From positions 1 through 20,571 of the forward strand of contig CAYPLO010000019.1 of NCBI GenBank assembly GCA_964411615.1: a DNA stretch of 20,571 nt. Direction: 5' to 3'. Both the position numbers and the translations under genes were made by a program. The notes beneath the pieces were generated by a model. That model was not told the origin of the DNA, did no database searches, and saw nothing but the letters and a program-made list of their open reading frames with translations. Below are positions 17,383 through 20,571 of the stretch, in pieces; position 1 is the stretch's first letter; each line of letters begins with the position of its first letter. Origin of the DNA: an uncultured Aquificales bacterium. GTDB lineage: Bacteria > Thermosulfidibacterota > Thermosulfidibacteria > Thermosulfidibacterales > Thermosulfidibacteraceae.

Positions 17383-18630
17383 TCAGAACTTCTTGTAGTA
17401 GGGATAGACCAGCTTTGAAGAGGCGGCGTGCTCGGGCCAGACAACCTCCTTGACGAGCCTTCCCTTCTTGAACTGCCACTGGAGGAAGACCATGCTGTGG
17501 GCAGCCTGCCTGCCGTAGTAGTCCCCTGTGTCAAACTTTATCCTGCCGTAGAAGGTCATGATATCCATCTTCTCAAGGGCCTTCCTCACCTTCTCGGACT
17601 TGATGCAGCCCGCATCCTCTATGGCCTTCTGAAGAACGAGTCCCGCAGCAAATCCACCGGCAGCGTGATAGCCGGGAACCTCACCGTAGGCAGACCTGTA
17701 GGCCTTCACGAACCAGTCGGCTGTGGGACCGAACCACTCAATACCAAGCTTTTTAGCGGCAGCCTTTGAGTATTTGGCCTTGGGCTCCCACTGGGAGGGG
17801 GCGGTGACATAAAGGGCGGCGCTTCCAATCTCGGCAAACTTGGGAACCGCAGGGGCAACCAGCAGAGACACAAGCTTCACCTTTATCCTCTGCTCGTATA
17901 TCTGCCTGGCGAAGGTCTCGCCGTCGGCAAAGTGGCCACCGCCTATGATAGCATCGGGCTTGGCAGCAGCTATCTTGTTCAGGAAGGATGTGAAGTCTGT
18001 GGTTCCCTTGGCGTAGGACTCAAAGAGGACCACCTTGAAGCCCTTCTTCTCGGCGTACCTCTTGGCGGCTGTGGCAACGGCCTTGGCGAAGTTGCTCTGC
18101 TCGTAGACGATGGCAACCTTCTTGGCCTTGGGGTCCACAGCCTTCAGCATATCCAGGGCACCGGTGAGGTAACGACTGGCGGGGGTGTAAATCTGGAACA
18201 CATGGGTATAACCCTTGGAAAAGATGCTGTCGGAGGCCGCACCTGTTGCCATCATCACCTTACCGTACTGCTCCGCTATGATGGCGGCGGAGGCGGTGAG
18301 ACCGGAGCTGTAGGGGCTGATGAGGAAGTCCGCATGGTCCTTGTTTATGAGCCTCACGTAAAGCTGCTGGACCCTGTCCTTGCTGCTCTCGTCATCGTAG
18401 TAGACGAACTTCACAGGCAACTTCTTACCCAGAGCCTTTACGTAGATGCCTCCCTGTTTGTTAACCCACTGCTGCCAGAGCTTCAGGCCGTTGAACTGGT
18501 CCCTGGACTCGGCGTTGAGCTTACCCGTCTGGGACATTGTAAAACCGATTATTATTGCGTCTTTGGCATAGGAGACTCCAATAGAGCAGACCAGAAAGAC
18601 CAGAGCCAGCAACCATGCCAACCTGCGCAT
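17383..18630 (-). CDS. Liv-type ABC transporter substrate-binding protein (ligand uncertain)
   Basis: Signal peptide (SYA/KD), IIIGFTMSQTG, VNKQGGI, YDDESS, SPYSSG, DFTS.L.KI....PD and TFYGRIKFD, typical of the periplasmic binding protein type 1 fold. AGGAGG SD. Confidence 0.9.
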   Translation of the reverse strand: MRRLAWLLALVFLVCSIGVSYAKDAIIIGFTMSQTGKLNAESRDQFNGLKLWQQWVNKQGGIYVKALGKKLPVKFVYYDDESSKDRVQQLYVRLINKDHADFLISPYSSGLTASAAIIAEQYGKVMMATGAASDSIFSKGYTHVFQIYTPASRYLTGALDMLKAVDPKAKKVAIVYEQSNFAKAVATAAKRYAEKKGFKVVLFESYAKGTTDFTSFLNKIAAAKPDAIIGGGHFADGETFARQIYEQRIKVKLVSLLVAPAVPKFAEIGSAALYVTAPSQWEPKAKYSKAAAKKLGIEWFGPTADWFVKAYRSAYGEVPGYHAAGGFAAGLVLQKAIEDAGCIKSEKVRKALEKMDIMTFYGRIKFDTGDYYGRQAAHSMVFLQWQFKKGRLVKEVVWPEHAASSKLVYPYYKKF

Positions 18631-18661
18631 CGTGGCACCTCCTAAAAATCAGTTTTTCATG

Positions 18662-18690
18662 TTTATAGCTTCAAACTTGAGAAAAGGCAA
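18662..18690 (-). promoter_or_regulatory. Putative promoter of the liv-led operon
   Basis: Minus strand TTGCCT (18690-18685), 17 bp, TATAAA (18667-18662). Confidence 0.5.
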
Positions 18691-18705
18691 TCAACCTGAT
18701 ATTTT
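18677..18705 (+). promoter_or_regulatory. Putative promoter of thiDN (leaderless transcript)
   Basis: TTGAGA (18677-18682), 17 bp ending in TGA (extended -10), TATTTT (18700-18705), then 7 nt to ATG 18713. Confidence 0.55.
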
Positions 18706-18712
18706 CCGCAAC

Positions 18713-20041
18713 ATGCTAAAGTTACTTAGCATAGCAGGCTCAGACCCCTCAGGAGGGGCAGGGATTCAGATGGACCTAAAGGTCTTCTCGGTCCTTGGAG
18801 ACTACGGCATGGCGGTTCCAACAGCCCTGACGGTTCAGAACACAAAAGGGGTTTACGAAACTTTCCAGATTCCGGAAAGACTGATTCTCAAGCAGATTGA
18901 AGCTGTGTTAAATGATATAAAAGTGGACGGTGTAAAGATAGGTATGCTGGGAACAAGCCGCCTGGCAAAGCCCCTTTCGGAACTGTTAAGAGGAAGGGTA
19001 AACACAGTTGTCTATGACCCCGTTATCACATCCACAACGGGCTCAACCCTCACCGAGGGAGAGGCAAGCTGGCTTCTTGAGCTTGCAGGAATATGCTCCA
19101 TGATAACCCCAAACCTGGAAGAGTTCAAGAGGCTAACAGGAAAGAGTTCCATAGAGGAAGGGGTGAAATCTCTGAGAGATAGGGGTGTGAACTGCTCTGT
19201 GGTTATAACAGGTGCAGACTCAGGAAAGGACTGCGTAATAGATGTGATAGTAACGGACAGTATTAAGAGCTTTCAGCACGACAAGATAGATATACCAGAG
19301 GGGACCCACGGAACGGGCTGTGCTTTCTCAAGCGCACTGCTGCACTACACATGTGCAGGGCTACCATTAGAGGAGGCGTATCTGAAGGCGAGAAGTTTTG
19401 TAAAGGAAGGCCTGAAGGGGGCCTTGAAGGTGGGAGGTGGGATAGTGCCAGTGAGGCCAGAGGCCAACACAGCAAGGGACGCCGAAAGGTTCAGGGTGCT
19501 GGAGAGGCTGAAGAGAGCCCTTGGGCTTCTCAAGGAGACCCCGGGTATCCACAGACTCATACCCGAGGTCCAGAGCAATCTGGGGGAATGCATCCCCAAC
19601 CCCAAGGGGATAGAGGATGTGGCAGCCTTCCCTGGAAGGATAGTGAGGGTGAAGGATAGCATAGCCACAGTTGCATGCCCGGAGTTCGGTGCCTCAAGCC
19701 ACGTTGCCAGAATAATACTTGCCGCCAACAGATACGACCCTGAGATAAGAGCATGTATGAACGTGAGATACAGCACTGAGATTGTTGAGAGGGCAAAGGA
19801 GAAGTTCAAGGTCTCCAGCTTCAGCAGGAAGGAGGAGCCGGAGGAGGTAAAGGAGAGGGAAGGGAGCACCTTGGACTGGGGCACAGAGGTGGCCATAAAA
19901 AAAGCTGGTGGGGTTCCAGACATCATATACGATACGGGAGATGTTGGGAAAGAGCCCATGGTGAGGGTCCTGGGAAGGGACGCTATAGATGTGGTACGAA
20001 AGGTTATAGGTCTACTCCAGCTGGTAGGACCAGACAGGTAG
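18713..20041 (+). CDS. thiDN: Bifunctional HMP/HMP-P kinase (ThiD) fused to ThiN-type thiamine-phosphate synthase
   Basis: N-terminus: LSIAGSDPSGGAGIQ.D, TVQNT.GV, VKIGML, ITPN..E, THGTGC. C-terminus: IPEVQSNL, VAAFPGRI, PEFGASSHVAR, EGSTLDWG, PDIIYD.GDVGKEPM. Start placed at MLKLL rather than the upstream GTG at 18632. Confidence 0.92.
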   Translation: MLKLLSIAGSDPSGGAGIQMDLKVFSVLGDYGMAVPTALTVQNTKGVYETFQIPERLILKQIEAVLNDIKVDGVKIGMLGTSRLAKPLSELLRGRVNTVVYDPVITSTTGSTLTEGEASWLLELAGICSMITPNLEEFKRLTGKSSIEEGVKSLRDRGVNCSVVITGADSGKDCVIDVIVTDSIKSFQHDKIDIPEGTHGTGCAFSSALLHYTCAGLPLEEAYLKARSFVKEGLKGALKVGGGIVPVRPEANTARDAERFRVLERLKRALGLLKETPGIHRLIPEVQSNLGECIPNPKGIEDVAAFPGRIVRVKDSIATVACPEFGASSHVARIILAANRYDPEIRACMNVRYSTEIVERAKEKFKVSSFSRKEEPEEVKEREGSTLDWGTEVAIKKAGGVPDIIYDTGDVGKEPMVRVLGRDAIDVVRKVIGLLQLVGPDR

Positions 20042-20571
20042 TATATTCCTCTCCTTAAGGTACTCCTCTATCTCGGGAGGGAAATCGTAGGCCACAAACA
20101 CCTTAAATACGCTAATACCCTCCTGGCGGGACAGGGAATCGGCGAACCTTACGAACCTGTTAATCTCCTTCTTGGAGGGGCGAACCTTCGCCTCACCAAG
20201 CACAAGTATCCTCTCCCCATCCCTTCTGGCGTGCCCGTATATGTTCACCTGCCTGTACTTATCGCCGAGCTTCACGTACCTTCTCACCAGCCTCTCCTCT
20301 AAGACAATACCGTACTCCTCAAGTATTTTGGGAAGGCCCTTGAAGGCCGCATCCTCAAGCCTGTAGCCAACGGTATGGGACAGTCCCTCAAGCCTCTCCC
20401 TGGTCTCCCTGTGGTCCTTCACAAGCCTGTCCAGAGTGGTCTCTATCCTATCAACCCTCTCCTCAAGCTTCCTCAAGGACTCTGTAAGCTTCCTTATCTC
20501 CTCCTCGGTTCTGCGCTGCGCCTCTATCAACTGCTGCACCGTCTCCTCAAGCTTCGCTATGCGACCCTCCA
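20012..20571 (-). CDS. Coiled-coil protein with C-terminal PD-(D/E)xK nuclease-like domain (5' end outside the window)
   Basis: Reading frame stays open to the window edge (EGRIAKLEETVQQL...). Heptad repeats, then LSHTVGYRLED...QVNIYG...VLGEAK. Confidence 0.75.
   Translation of the reverse strand, partial: EGRIAKLEETVQQLIEAQRRTEEEIRKLTESLRKLEERVDRIETTLDRLVKDHRETRERLEGLSHTVGYRLEDAAFKGLPKILEEYGIVLEERLVRRYVKLGDKYRQVNIYGHARRDGERILVLGEAKVRPSKKEINRFVRFADSLSRQEGISVFKVFVAYDFPPEIEEYLKERNILPVWSYQLE
20458..20555 (+). repeat. 14-bp direct repeat within the coiled-coil region
   Basis: TCTCCTCAAGCTTC at 20458-20471 and 20542-20555, 84 bp apart (28 codons, four heptads). Both copies encode KLEE. Confidence 0.7.

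Noticed and set aside
11127..18645. Long plus-strand ORFs opposite proS, mutL and the liv genes
   Set aside because: They lie almost entirely opposite well-supported conserved genes and show no recognisable domains.
18632..18712. 27-aa N-terminal extension of ThiDN from GTG 18632
   Set aside because: It spans the AT-rich promoter region and the SD of the divergent gene. ThiD homology starts at MLKLLSIAGSD.
1..20571. CRISPR array, riboswitch or frameshifted pseudogene
   Set aside because: No repeat-spacer periodicity, no TPP or preQ1 motif recognised upstream of thiDN or queA, and all recognised genes appear intact.

Overview
Gene-dense window from a bacterium that is probably thermophilic and anaerobic (inferred from K/E/R-rich proteins, frequent AGG/ATA codons and an archaeal/Thermotoga-type ThiDN fusion). 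From left to right: a structured non-coding stretch and tRNA-Arg(UCU)/tRNA-Pro(UGG) on the minus strand; a plus-strand operon (DUF1285-like, galU, queA, exported single-HKD PLD/Nuc-type nuclease, membrane-anchored OB-fold-like protein); a self-contained six-gene minus-strand operon (3535-8008); a divergent Pat-like GNAT acetyltransferase; a ~9.8 kb contiguous minus-strand run (liv-type ABC transporter, mutL, small hypothetical, proS, CpoB-like lipoprotein, LysM protein, Trm112-like protein); thiDN; and a partial coiled-coil/PD-(D/E)xK protein. The best candidate for an undescribed system is the 3535-8008 operon. It encodes two highly divergent paralogous class III CoA-transferases with complementary motif losses, a zinc-ribbon protein, a small four-cysteine protein resembling the [4Fe-4S] small subunits of benzylsuccinate synthase (no glycyl-radical enzyme is present in the window), a helical protein and an internally duplicated cradle-loop-barrel-like protein. 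All family calls come from motif recognition by eye; no database searches were run.
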